A DNA stretch of 64,000 nucleotides from Epiperipatus broadwayi (GCA_028023455.1 JAQFVV010000002.1:30752001-30816000); one strand, 5' to 3'. Numbered from the stretch's first letter, positions 12,790-26,480 are shown. Notes: generated from the letters alone by a model not told the origin. Translations and numbers: made by a program.

Positions 12790-13750
12790 CAATGGTAGAA
12801 ATTTCAGACGCTACAGAGGAGGAAGGTTCTCAGATCAATTCTTGCGCTGGCTCTTCCAGCAATCAATCCTCTTGGAACTCCCATGCAATAAAGCCATTCG
12901 ATTATTATTATTAAAAATATTTTACGTCTCTCACTTAAGTTAAAAGAATGGTTGAATTTGAACAAGTAACCCGAACCGAAATAAAAGATGCTGTTTATTG
13001 CAATGTGGAGAGAATGGATAGTGACCCATCTCAAAATGAATTTTGAGAACGAACAAAGCGAATGCTGAAAAATTGTTAAGATTATTCAAAGTATTTTTTG
13101 GAGCACAAAATTGAGCATAGAAGAAAGATTTCTGTCAATATATTAAGATCTCCGAGAGAGAAGCACGGTATAAGCTCAATGGGAGAAATGGAATCGATAA
13201 GAGATGGGGATATTAATGTACTTATTGCCGATAAGAGATGGGCTACATATGATGCTCATGTTAATTAAGATCACAATACCGTTAAAAGTAAAAGGCAGTT
13301 TCATGTAAAAGACAATTTTTTGAAAATATTTTGATTTATACTATTATTGAGCTTAGGTTCTGACAATAACTTTTGTAATTTTAAATAACATTTATTGGAA
13401 TGCTTAGAGCAGACATTAAGATCATATAAACCTTTAACCATGAATTTGGATTGTTAAACAGTAATTGTAACGATGGGTCATTCAATTTTATCTACGACTG
13501 CAAAAATATAAGAATGAATTTAATTACTGTTATTACTTTTTTGGAGGAATGCCTATGAGCTCTTCTTTTTATTTATTTATTTTTTTATTCTTTGCTGATG
13601 TTGTTCATCATTTGTCATTATTGTCGGAACATAACAGATTTGAAGAGTTTTTTTATAGATGAAATATCATGGAAACATTTAGTGATAGGATTTGTCCAGA
13701 TGTTGAAATAAATGAATTATTTTCATATTGATCAATAGAAAAGATCGTAA
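12790..13750 (+). mobile_element. Possible Penelope-like RT relic, heavily decayed
   Basis: SIRDGDINVLIADK (cf. PLE L..D.DI.I..ADKG), ELRF..NNF-like segment and GMPMSS (cf. G.PMGS), with many stops. Confidence 0.4.
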
Positions 13751-13761
13751 GCATAAATTAT

Positions 13762-14770
13762 TAAACAAAGCAAAACTCTCCATACGGTAATGTCACCCTG
13801 TGCCAACCAGAGTAATCAATGGATGCCAGAAGGCTTGTGCATAAAATCTCTATCTAGTGCCTACTCGTCCAATATCCCTAGACTAGTTTTTGGCTTGTGG
13901 CCTTCGTCAGTGCGGAGCCTTGGATCTGAGAGCACTGCACCTAGATCTTAGGATCTAATGCAAATCGCCAGCAGCCACCTTTATCTCTACTTAATTACAA
14001 AACCATGAGAATGAAATTGAAAACACAATAATATGTTCAATCTACGCTCAATAGCTTATATAGTCATATGGATCTGAACTCAGTTCAGCACCCATAAACT
14101 TTGGTATCTTTGGCTCTTTAACAACCATAGCCACCACTATCCTATTAGGCATGATCGGTGTTAAACCACTAAACATCACATGATCACCATTTTTTATACT
14201 AGCACATAATTCTTAGTAAACAAGGCAAAACTATCCCTACAGTAATGCCATCCTGTGCCAATCAGAGTATGGAGAGTTTTGCCTTGTTTAATAACAATTA
14301 TGTGCTAGAGTAAGAGATGGTGGTCATGTGATGTTTAGTGGTTTAACACCAATCCTGCTTAATAGGATAGTGGTGGCTATGGTTGTTAAAGAGCCAAAGA
14401 CATAAAAATGTATGGGTGCTGAACTGAGTTTAGACCCATATGACTATATAAGCTATTGAGCTTAGATTGAAAATATTATTGTGTTTTCAATTTTATTCTC
14501 ATGGTTTTGTAATTAAGTAGAGATAAAGGTGGCTGCTGGAGGGTTGCATTAGATCCTAAAATCTAGGTGCAGTGCTCTCAGATCCAAGTCTCCTCACTGA
14601 CGAAGGCCACAAGCCAGAAACTAGTCTGGGGATATTGGATGAGTAGGCACTAGATAGGGATTTTATGCACAAACCTTCTGGCATCCATTGATTACTCTGG
14701 CTGTTTTGCCTTGTTTAATAACAATTATGTGCTAGTATAAGAGATGGTGATCATGTGATGTTTAGTGGTT
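13762..14770. mobile_element. Family A insertion (A3): two full-length inverted monomers, 14-bp TSD
   Basis: TSD TAAGCATAAATTAT at 13748-13761 and 14771-14784. Monomer period 455 bp (caaaact at 13771 and 14226). Confidence 0.9.
14591..14632 (+). ncRNA. Type I hammerhead ribozyme (best family A copy)
   Basis: UCCUCA CUGACGA A-GGC-CACAA-GCC-A GAAA CUAG UC UGGGGA. Palindromic helix III ACUAGU. Non-canonical A/A at the base of helix II. Confidence 0.75.
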
Positions 14771-16799
14771 TAAGCATAAATTATACGAATTTAGCAATAT
14801 TTGTAATGGTTAAGTGAAATAAAACAAATACTGTTACATGCAATAACAGGTAACAACTTCAAAGTCGCTTTGTTAATTTTTATCCCTAATCTGAATGCGT
14901 TTTTTGTTGTGGATTATTGGTATTTCAACAGCTCTACAAAAATGTAACTTGCAACTATGACTACTTACGATTATGAATAGGCTATTTGTCAATCCTAAAT
15001 AGCCATGGTGGTAGCACTTGAAGTCATCATTTGTTTCTCTTTAATATGAAGAGAGTATGGGAAATGTTTTTACCTGGAAGAAGCTTTAAACAATTTACTT
15101 TAATCATCCTAGAAGCAGTATGGAATAGAGATTAACTATTCAGCAGAAATGATAAGATTTGGATTATTTTAAATGTCTTTGATTCTTTCATGACTAAAAA
15201 GCTTGGTCAAATTATTTTTTTACAAGACTTGAAATCATCAACAAATGAGTGGACACAGATTAACTCATTGGTATTTATTTGTTGGATTAATCAAGTTTAC
15301 AGTGTGCACACTTGTTCAAATACCTTTTTCCAATAATTATTGAGATGTACATTTTTTTTAAAAATAGAGATATTGTCGAAAGAAATGGAGGGTTTATAAT
15401 ATTCATTAGGTGAGGCAGAAAGAGTTTTCAGTCTCTGGTAACTTCTTCATCTCTATATTTTGTAGCTCAAGTTATGTTTTTGTCAGTATATGTGACTCTT
15501 CAGCGTAATTCCGTTAGTGTATTTATTTTTTATAAATGTAATTTTTTAGCTTATTTACATTTTATATTTTTTCTGAAGCATTAAATCAATGTGTTAGATG
15601 TTTTTAAAGCATTTTAAACATTTTTAAAAACAAAAGTAATGCATATAGTTAAAAAAACAATAATTATTAAGTAATTAATATATACTAAAAACATAGAAAT
15701 TAAAAATAAATTAATTTTTTTTTACTTGTTTGTATCAAATTGCAGCAAAATGAAACTCGGCTAAAAAATGTTCCCTATAATTCAAAATCCTGCTGGAACT
15801 TTTTCGTCCATGTATCCATGCCAATTTTTTTGCCTAGTTGAAGGTTATATACATTGATTAAAATGGAATCTATGAAATGTTAAATCACAGGTTAAATAGT
15901 AAACTGCAACATGAACAGGCAACGATACTGAAACAACACAAGGCTGTATAAAATTTCAGTTGTGCATCTATGCTGTTATGACACGATTATTAATCTCTAC
16001 TTTAAAGAGGATTGCTGTGTTTTGGAATGTTAACATTTATCATTATTTTTGGGGGATATATTTCTTTTTATATTAACTTTTAAACATTGGTAAAATCATA
16101 AGTATGGTAACATTCTAATTGTTTGGAATTTGAGCCGGCTGGAAGTCATTAAAATTATTACTGTTTTATTTAATAATTGGTTTTGGCATTCATACTCTAA
16201 TATGTAGAGCTGATTCTTGATAAAATCTCCACTGTTATATATATTACTCAAATAATAAATAAATGGTTTCTTAAATATTATCACATGGTAACAGTCTAAT
16301 CTTATCTAAACCACGAATCAATTTGCAACTTCTATAAATAAAAGAAATGGATTGAATTTTATATACATATAGGGATTGCCTTGATAACAGATTGAAGTTT
16401 TTAGTTTATGTTAGCTTTGGCTTTTATTCTGTGATTACGTTTGAGGAATCATCTAGTTTTGAACAAAATCAGATTTATTATTTGAATCATAATGAATAGC
16501 AATGGGTTTGAAAGTTTTAAAAAGGATTACTTATTACTCTATTTTTGAAATAGGTTATATTTGCCTATTTAGAAGAATATAAAATCTCATTCGATTAAAT
16601 TTCTATGTTAATTCTTTTATCTACGTTATGGTCTTAGTCCAAAATGAAAGATGGAGTGCAGGAATACATTTTTTATTTATATAAGTTTCCTTGATAATAG
16701 ATTCAAGATTTATAGCTTACTTAAGCTTGAGATATTATCTTGTGATTATATATTATTTTATTTTCTTTGCTTTTATTTTGTATATTGGTAAGTTTAGAA

Positions 16800-17520
16800 C
16801 ATTATATAAGCATATATTTAAACTTTAGAGCATTATCGTTGACATTTTCTATAAATATTGACCATTTGTAGTCTTTAACCTAGAATTGGTAATTTAATTC
16901 AGTGTTGAAATGGTTTCTGCACAAAGTTTTGAAGATGTTCAGTGTGTTCAACATGTCGGAATGATTTGAAATAAATTTTTAATTAAAATAAAAGCACTTC
17001 CTGTTGATCTTTTGTAGAAGACCAGTTTATACTAGATAAAAATACCACTCTTAAACTTTATTATTGCAACAAAGCTTTTACTTCTGTAAATCATGATAAA
17101 TTGTTGCATGTTTTTAGGAAAATGAGTATATTTGGACATTTCATTGTTATTTTGTGATATATATGTATACTAAATTACATGTCATTTTGAGTCAGATGAG
17201 TTTTACATGGACAAAAGACATTGTTCATATATCACATTGTCACTTTATCTATTCAAGGTATATATTGAAGATGTAAAGAGTAAAGACATATTTAGAACAT
17301 AAATGTGGTTTCAAGATTGATGGAAGGTATTAACAATCTTAGAGCTGAAAATGATATACTTGTAACCAAAAATGGAGATAACTTGAGAGTAGTTATTAGA
17401 AAAGTTATAGAATAAGAGTGAAACAGTGAATTAAAATTAAATATATAAAAAAAGGGCCAAGATTGTGAAGACAAGATCAGCAGCCATTTTAATGATGTTG
17501 ATAAAGGCATCAACATAAAG
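16800..17520 (+). mobile_element. RTE-BovB-like RT relic
   Basis: GFKIDGR/INNLRAENDIL...ELKLNI (decayed GVKIGGRNINNLRYADD...GLKLNIKKTK). Confidence 0.55.
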
Positions 17521-19736
17521 AATGGTTTAGTCCAATAGTCAAGGTATTTGATAGTGAATAGACTTGCAATGAAAGGATCATAAATGATTTTTATATATTA
17601 GAATATATTTTTAAGAATGATGATCAGTATTATTCAAGCAATTATATTTACTCTAATTTTTTTTATGAATATGAATGATGCTGAAAAAGAATGGAAAATA
17701 TGTTTTTTTTTTTTTTTAAATTGGATTATTAGTTAAGACTTTTAATTTAGGTAATAAGAAAATACTAATAAGTATGACTAATCAGACTATATATGAACTC
17801 TCACTTGGCATACAATTGAACTTATCTTATTTTGATTATGATCTATTAGAAATTTGTATAATTCTCAGAAAGTTTGATGATGTCAGAAATGACATGAATG
17901 ATCTCCACCATAATACGGGACATATGCCTTTGAGCAACCTGAAAAATAAAATAGATGGTAGATAAGTTTGGGAGAAATACTATATCTATGATCTCCTAGG
18001 TTTGATTGCACCTAAGAATAATATATTTTACTTGCATTTGATTTCTTCCCGAATTTAGATTCAAGTCACTAGGCCATTAGGACACTGTAACAAAACAATA
18101 ACCATTCATCATCAATATTCTTTTACCTTAGCTTTAGTCCAGCATCTCAATTTTTAAAATGCTCCATAGAGTTTAGAGGAATGGTACAAGTAGTAGCCAA
18201 TCTGCCATTTTTGGTGCCTGAATCTCTGAGATCACATGAGTGCTTAACATGTTCATTTATATTAATATTTAAAAAAACATATCGTGAATTTTAATGTTCT
18301 ACACAGTTTCCAGTAGTAGAGTTACAGATTCTGGAGTAGTTAAAGGCCCTCAAGTCGAAGATCTGACTTATGACTTCTGGTGCTCACTGATATATATTTT
18401 TATTTTAATGAGCCTTTTACATCACTGAAGTGTTTATTTATATACTTCCAAAAATAAATTGGGTATGCAGATACTATGCATATTCTCACATATAAAATAT
18501 AAATCAAAGTTTATTTTTGAGATATTAACCACTTTTTCAATTTTTCACTAAATATTTCAACAAAATCTATTTTTCTTTTATACATTTTGTATCCTATAGA
18601 CGTTTGACATAGATTTACATGATTTGCAAATATAAAAATTTCATCTGTTTTGTATTTTTTAATTCATCTTATTCATATTTGTTTTTAAACTCTGTAATTA
18701 GCCTATTTATTACTGTCATTAACCCTGCTATTTTCTCTCATTTGAATGTTGTTTTTTTTTTTTTTGTGTGTGTATAATATTTCATCAGTTTTAAAATGTG
18801 GGATCTTTTTTCTTGGCTGAAATAATTATTAATATTCTACTAATAATAACTTAAAATTTATCTTTTCAGGAAGCTTAAACAATATGACAGATGGCATAAA
18901 TTTAAGTCATATCGGAAGACAGATAAAATTATAGGAGAATAATAAATATATAAAGTGTATTTTTTTGAATGCTAAAAATATAAATATATTTTTTATCACA
19001 AATCCTTTATTCTAGATTTATTATTTTTTTTTTTGCAGGAAAAAAAAACAATAATTTGAAAAACAAATTATTCAAAAAATTTTTTTTTTATAATTTAGAG
19101 AACCTAGGTTCTGAAACAAATTAAATATTCTTATATTAATCCATTTATATATATATCTGAACAAAGTAACATAGTCATCTAGTTTACTAGGCATTGAAAT
19201 ATATTGTTACTGATTTAGTGTAAAAATCTAAATAGAGAAACAAGTTTGCTTGGGATGAAAATCTCAGGCTTTGAATTTTAAAGCCAGTAGCTTTAGTAGT
19301 GTCATAAGAACAGTAATAAGTGGGTGTTGGATGGCAATAATGCAGGGTTATCTTTCCTGATAAAAGATATGAGTAACCAGAAGTTATAAATCAACTTCAC
19401 ATTGTTATTTAAATATTCATACTTGCGGAGATGACATGAATAGAATTATGCGAAGTGAATTATTATAGCCAGATAATTTACTGAGAAAATATAAATAAGT
19501 ACACATTTATTATTACATAGAGTCACCTTGAGGTGATGTAAAATAATTTCTTAGAAGCAGCTGTCTAAAGTTTCTCTACTATAAAGTGTAAAAGCTAAGA
19601 ATAATATTCTCCTGAAATCTTTCTATATCATTGTCAACCTATTTTCTTCTCCACCATTCATTTGGATAATAATGCTGCTTTTTGTTTTTTTTATCCGTTT
19701 TAATAAAAGTTGAATTTGTTAATACTAAATTATCTA

Positions 19737-20040
19737 TATAAATGCAAATTATTTACGTACTTTTAATAGTTTTTAGCAAAAATCTTTTATTGTACATATA
19801 TGCATGCACAATCTTATGTTTTGACTGACCTGCAGTCTTTTTCAGAGCCACTTTAAAGTAAAAGTGGCTCTGAAGAAAACTGCAGGACAGTCGAAAAGTA
19901 AGATTGTATATGCATATAAGTATAATAAAAAGTTTTTGCTAAAAAGTGTTTAAAGTACAGTGCACAATTTGCATTTTAAAGTAAAAGTGGCTCTGAAGAA
20001 GTCTGCTAGACAGTCAAAATGTAAAATTGTGTACACACAT
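19737..20040. mobile_element. Family E palindrome plus partial direct copy, with three decayed PLE-type HHR motifs
   Basis: 19737-19853 is the inverse of 19861-19978; a third copy lies at 19981-20040. Three-copy consensus CTGAAGA A GACTG CAGGT CAGTC GAAA CGTA. Confidence 0.65.
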
Positions 20041-21044
20041 ATAAAAAAAAATAAATAAAAAATAAATAAAAGAAAGTGGTTAAAATAAATTACATTTATA
20101 TAAGATAAGCACGTAAATGAAGATTTCTGCTAGAGATGAATTTAGCAAGAGATAAACTTGATCACTACTAACTAATTTTTGTATGTGTTTCTGTGTAACA
20201 TTGTTTACTCTTTACATATGATAAGTAATCTCTGTAAATGTCTGACTAATTAAAAATTTTATGACTTCAGAATCCCACTTATCATCATCAAATTGTTTAC
20301 TCTTTCCTTCTTTATTTATCATATAGATACCAACATAATATATAATATCTCCAGTTCCTTCTGGTACAATGTTGATTTTTTTAAATTTTTTTTATTTTAA
20401 TATCTTTACATTATCTCTAATTTTTATTATTATAAATTTTGAAGTTTATTGCTGCATTATGTTAGGGTAATTTTGTCCTGCTTTGTTTAATGTAGGGAAG
20501 AATAGCGACTGGATTTCAAGGTCAATGGATCACAGCTTCAGCTCTGTTACTTATAGAGTTATGAACTTGTTAGGAATAAACCATTCGGTTATTATTATTA
20601 GTGGTAATTTTTATTTCAATTCTTAGCAGCAGTGTAAAAAATATAGATAGAGAATTACCATTTACCTTTTTTTTTTTTTTACGAATGAATAACGCCACCC
20701 CCCCCCCTAGATAAATATTCTCCAATTTTAAAAAGGCGGGAAATTGCTGATTTAGAATGTTAGGAAGTTGTTTAAAGTTAATTTATTACTGACGATTTGA
20801 TCGCATTGTTTTGCTTGGTAATTTATCTTTACTGAATATCTTTCACGAACACCAGGTGTTTCTTTTTTATTTTTTTAACTAAATCTTTTATTTTGAAAAA
20901 GTTGATCATATTTATTTTTTATGTTTAAATTGGAAAATTTGCTTAAACTGTATCATTTAAATGAGTACAGAATTTTTGGATTTTATTCATGTCTGTCATG
21001 TATTCCTCTATAATAAATTAAAAAAAGAAATTATATCTTTCCAT

Positions 21045-21095
21045 ATGTCATAGCACCGGCCGGGACGCGAACCCACAACCGTCTGCAACCAACTA
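21045..21095 (-). mobile_element. tRNA-Gly-derived SINE-like 3' fragment
   Basis: Reverse complement ggttgcagacggttgtgggttcgcgtcccggccggtgctatgacat matches the copy at 63849. Confidence 0.7.
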
Positions 21096-22085
21096 CTTTC
21101 ACGTGACCCACCACTCTCCACTCTATCTCATATCACTGATACACTTGAACACATATATGATGAAAAGATAAATAAGCACCAATATCCGTATTTCATGCTA
21201 AACCAGCAATCATCAGTTGGTCCAGATTATCATCTCTATACATATATGCTATAAGTACTCAGATATATATTAAGATAGCCAATTTTCATACTCCACATTC
21301 CAACTCTTCAACCGTCCATCCAATTGAAAATCTGATGATGGAATCGCTCAAAGGCCACCCTGAGGCCGAGATTCTTGTCACACCCATGTTGACCTAAGAT
21401 CAGTCTAACCCCTCATGTACAGGACATAATCCATTTAATATATATACAAGGGATGGGCAGACATCTCTACTATGTAATAATTGAAACACAGGCTTATTAT
21501 ATACCTGTGTCTATATGTAATACAGGGGTCCCCAACCATATGCGCGCGGGCACCATGGTGCCCGCAGACCATTTTACGGGTGCCCACCGCTATCCGAACA
21601 CGATAAAAAATTATTTATCTGATACAAATAAATTTAATTTTTAAAATTTCTTATAAATTATTGCATTATATTGAAATCAAATTGTAGGGCATACTATACT
21701 TTTACAGCTTAAAAATATAAATGTTACTTATATGTTAAAATATTATTTTTGAAATAAATATTTTTTTGTACATTATGTGTATTATTAACAATATCCAACT
21801 ATAAATTTACATTGAAAAAATAAATGGTGCCCACCATCTGGTTGAAAAAAATAAATGGTGCCCGCCACCTGGCTGGTATTATAGAATGTGCTCTTATGTG
21901 CAAAAAGGTTGGGGACCCCTTATGTAATATATAGAGTATATGGGCACAGACTTTCACATGACCCACCACTCTCCACTCTATCACATATTACTGATACACT
22001 TGAACACATATATGATGAAAAGATAAATAATCACCAATACACGTATTTCATGCTAAACCATCAATCATCAGTTGGTCCAAATGAG
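21096..22085 (-). mobile_element. Family D HHR-bearing head-to-tail repeat (~1.3 monomers, ~448-bp period after removing the MITE)
   Basis: HHR motifs at 21179-21220 and 22034-22075 with duplicated flanks. Homologous to 47130-47450 and 61005-61470. Confidence 0.8.
21523..21921. mobile_element. hAT MITE with 8-bp TSD
   Basis: TIR CAGGGGTCCCCAACC / GGTTGGGGACCCCT; TSD ATGTAATA on both sides. Confidence 0.93.
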
Positions 22086-22439
22086 CAAAATGGTATACTT
22101 GATTGTAGCTAGGTATTCATTTAAATTAAGTAGAATACTTAAAATGTATTGTATAAAATACATCTGTGGAATGTACTCGCTTTTCTTTTTGCCATTTTCT
22201 AGTCCTTATATTTTGATATAATGTGTGCATGTGCATATATATCTAACATCTTCTATAAGGAGCATCTTTTACTTTCTTGGATATATGAGCAGGTTAATAT
22301 AGTTATGAGATTGCCATAGGAAATGCACCCATATGTTGCTCATATTTTAATTTCACAATTTGCTACCTTTAATGAAGAGTTTATCAAAAGATGAAATTTG
22401 GTTTTTTAAATGACATTGATTATATAATCATGATTTTCA

Positions 22440-22590
22440 ACCATTATCGATTTACTGCAGGATGAAAGTCTCTCCAAATTCAACATCTCTTCTCCGATCT
22501 CTAGCACTTCTTCACATCACCTGAGACCACTTCCTTATTTCATCCATCCATCTCACATATGAGCTCTTTCTAGATATTTTATAGTTTATT
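22440..22590 (-). mobile_element. RTE 3'-end fragment (others at 25640-25755, 55945-56060 and, on +, 61845-61892)
   Basis: actgcaggatgaa(g/a)gtctctccaa motif shared with the 3' ends at 2990 and 8540. Confidence 0.75.
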
Positions 22591-23099
22591 GATTATATAA
22601 ATGTAATTAAAAGCCACTTCCTAAAAAAATATATAAAACTTTGATGATTGAATGTCATTATGGAATTACAACTTTAATATAGTGGACTTGTGATATCCAC
22701 TATATTTTGTTCAAAGATTCTCTAGCACTAGCACAAGGGTGGGGAAATGTGATGACAATTTTTGGGCTAGCAGCCTTTGCTCAAGTAGATGTCATATTTA
22801 TAAAGATTTTGCCACAAAAGTGTTAAATTATATAAACAAATTTTAAAAGGTAGTCCCCTAGAGGGAGCCAAGGACTCCAGTTAACACTGTTTCTGACTCC
22901 CTGTTTCGTTTCCTCTTTCCTAGTTTAGGGAAGTAAACTTCGCTAAAACTATCACTATTAAAAAGGGGAGTTTTTTTAGCTCTCTTTTCATATGCAACCT
23001 ATATCAACTATGTAATCACAAGTAAGAATAATTTCAACTTTTATAAAAACGCTATATAAATATATGGCAGCCACTGAAATTACAAAAGATTTCTACAGA

Positions 23100-24125
23100 G
23101 ATTTTACCTTTTAATAAAAATTTTCATTTCACTTAATTTTGTTGAATGAATGAGAGAGTCCGGTTGTTGGAGGCACCCCCAGGGGCCTAAATCCTAGTTC
23201 TTTTGAGGGAGGGGGCTGGGGTGAGAGTGCTGTGGTGATCGTTACCAACTGGTTTTTTCTCATTCACAAGATAGAAAAAATAACGTTATTTATTATAATT
23301 CTTTAACGTTATCATAATGAATGCTTTTATCCATGTATTATTGCAAAATAAGTTGCAGTTTGGTCTCATGATTCTAATTGCAAGTGATTTACCTTATTTA
23401 ATTTTATTACCTCCAATGTTGTTATTGACAAGGCTGGCCTTCTACTGTTCATGTGATTTTCATGATGGATTGAAATGGTTTTCAGCAGAGACATTTTGAA
23501 GCTTGGATTTTTTTTCCCCTTGTTCTCCATAGTTTTTCCATAATTCTTCCAAAGTATTCAGGATTGCTCTCTTATGAAGATATTCAAGGCCATTTGGAAG
23601 AACTGAACAGTTAGATTGATTTAGTCTGTATTTTACATTATCTCCAAGTGTTTTCCTATTTCTCAATGTATCTACCTCAAATTGGATTTCCCAATATTGC
23701 ACTCCTAAAACACATTCACATTTAATCCTAGACTTTACAAATAATTCCTAATTGTACCTTTTAATTAAAATTTTCATTACAATCAACTTTGCTGATTGAA
23801 TGAGAGAGTCTGGTTGTTGGGAGGGGCCCCAGAGGCCTAAATCCGGATTCTTTTGAGGGGGAGGACTGGGATGAGGGTGTCGTGGGAACTGTTGTCAATG
23901 TTGATTTTCTCGTTCACAAAATTGCAAAATAAACTGCAGTTTGGTCTAATGATTCTAATTGCAAGTGATTCACCCTATTTAAATTTATTATATCCAATGT
24001 TGTTATCTCCAAGTCTTTTCCTATTATCAACTTATCCATCGCAAATTGGACTTCTCAATATTGTGCTCCTAAAATGCTACTCATATTTAAACTTTAGACT
24101 TTAAAATAATTCGTAATTGTAACGT
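23100..24125. repeat. Tandem duplication (~650-bp unit, second copy internally deleted) with G-rich core
   Basis: gaatgagagagtc(c/t)ggttgttgg...ggcctaaatcc at about 23148 and 23798; 23600-23745 resembles 24000-24120. Confidence 0.8.
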
Positions 24126-25389
24126 TTATTTGTCTTCGATGGTTAATACACACCCTTTCCACATTCCTTTCCCTTTTCATATGTATCCTTTCCCTTTCAC
24201 CATGTTGCTCCAGAATTTCATTTTTACCATTCTTTGTAAACCTTATTTAACTATATTTGTACATTTTTTTAATGAATAAACTTTCATCACTGAGAAAAAA
24301 ATTTTTTTTAAAAGCTTTGTTCCGTAAAAATTCATTGAAAATAGAAAGTTCGTTTCTGGCATGGCCACAGTACTTTATTAAGAATATCTCATGTATCAGA
24401 AAATAAAAAATATTTTTTACATGCAGCCCATTAGAGATCTTAACAGAAATCCATGTGGCTCATGGTCAGAAATGTTTGCCCATTTTGTTTCTAGCAGATA
24501 TTGTGCATAACAGATAATACTTCACAGTTTATTTAGCAGGGGTTCACAAACTTTTTCTTTGAAGGGCCAATTTAATAACCAGAGTCACTATGATCAAATT
24601 ACTTGAAGAGGAGAATGGAAAAGGAAGGCAAGCCGGCTAACAGGTTTCTCTGGATATAATGGCTGAGAGATTCTTGACTCCGAAAAAGGAGAAGCCACAG
24701 TGCATTACGTCATATTATAAACTAAAGTTTATAAAATTGTATTAAAACTTTTTACATTTTTATATTAATAACTTCAGTTAATATTAAGAAATAAAATGGA
24801 AATATTATAAAAAATTTTGGCACAAGATTATCTTTAAAGTAACACTAATACAAAAAATAACACTGGAAATATTAAATACCATTGCTTCTTTTTCGCCATT
24901 TTGTTTTAGACATTTACTATAGGATCCCTGAAACTATATTTCAAAGAATAAGCACTTCCGCCCTTAGTATATTACTTTTTTCTTTTATAAAAAAAATAAA
25001 AAATTTACCCCCTTTGTGCTGGTATGTTTCTATTGTCAATATTACATAATCAAAAAATAAGTTTTTGCTTCATTTTTTGATTATAATATGATCAAAAAGT
25101 GTTTTACTCTATTTGCTGATTATAAACATGATGAACCGGATATAACTACCCAACTACCTTGTGGTTCAGAAATAGTCCACTGACTAATAATTTGCTGACC
25201 CATTGTTGTATAGGATTGGAAATAAATATAAACATTTAAAACACACCCATATATAAATACAGATTTCTTAACAAATACATATGTACAACTATGTATTAAT
25301 TGAAAAATTAGTCTAGTATATACATTCTTAATAATTAATAAAAATAGATAATACTTTTATATTTAAAATCAAAACAAAAATGTTGTCTT

Positions 25390-25498
25390 GCATTGGTGGT
25401 CGAGAGGTCAGTGCGACTGTCTTGCACTTGCAGACAGCTGCCCGGGTTGCTGGTTCGCGTCCCGGCCGATGCTATGACACTTAAAAAAAAAAAAAAAA
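25390..25498 (+). mobile_element. tRNA-Gly-derived SINE-like copy
   Basis: gcattggtggtcgagaggtcag...ggttcgcgtcccggccgatgc + atgacac + poly(A). Confidence 0.75.
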
Positions 25499-26480
25499 TG
25501 TTTTTAGAGACATTTGTGTGTGCGAAAGAAGACAGTTTTTGTTAAAGATTTTTTTTTTATCTTTCATTTATTGCAAGAGTAAATTGAGAGAAAAAATAAA
25601 ACAAAACAAACCCAAAGTTCATTTTATTATTGAGTGAAGTCATCATCATCATCAACCATTATCAATCCACTGCAGGATGAAGGTCTCTCCAAGTTTAATC
25701 CATCTTCTCCGATCTTTAGCTTCTCTTCTCCACAACACCCCTGCACATTTTCTTAGCTACACATAATTTAGAATTTGAAAAAGTACTGGAAGCAATTTTT
25801 TTTTGTTTAGCTTAATCTAGCAGTCATCAATCCTCAAGTTTATTAGTTAGAAATTTAAATATAAAACAGTAATTAGTCAGAATTAAGACATTATATATTA
25901 AAGTTCAGTTTAGTTATGCAAGTTAAAATGAAATATATGCACATACAATGCCGAGTGGGTAAAAGGCACATTTGGGCAAGGTAAATTTTAGTGCTCATTC
26001 TCTCCCCCCCCCCCCCATTCTATGAAATAAAATTTGTAAATTAGAAGACATTTTTTTGCTTTTGCAGGAAAAACTTGAAAATATGGCTTTAGTCACTTAA
26101 CGTGTTTAGCAATGTTTTATTTATTTATTTCTATAAAATAAACCTGGAGATTAAAACACAGGCTAAATAAAACAAATTAATGTTTAAAAAAATAATTTTT
26201 GAAACAATAATTAAATAATACTTTAAAACGAAAATATTTATTTAGTAAATTTGAAATTTTTAATTTTTTATTTCAAAAGTTTTTATAGTATTTTTTGAAC
26301 AATCTTGTGAAATTACTAGTAGAGATAGGAAATATCTGAAAATAAGAAATTTTTTTAAATCTATGAGTATTTTTATCATATTTTAAAAAAAAACACTATC
26401 TACCACATCCATGAAAACATTGCTTTGTTCCCCTCCCCTTCTCATGCTGATTCTGATATAAATAATTCTAGTTTACTTAC

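Noticed and set aside
15380-15450. EAERVFS, hAT dimerisation-like motif
   Set aside because: Too short, with no supporting ORF or TIRs.
15465-15505. Minus-strand CTGAAGA GTCA-loop-TGAC AAAA
   Set aside because: GAAA is absent and helix I/III are not supported. At best a dead HHR relic.
18870-18950. Possible plus-strand terminal exon after ttttcag
   Set aside because: All frames stop within about 25 codons, with no recognisable homology or partner exon.
22850-22955. Possible HDV-like or twister ribozyme (GCTAA, TAACACTG)
   Set aside because: I could not build the nested pseudoknot or the twister core. Only a simple hairpin (22920-22951) forms.
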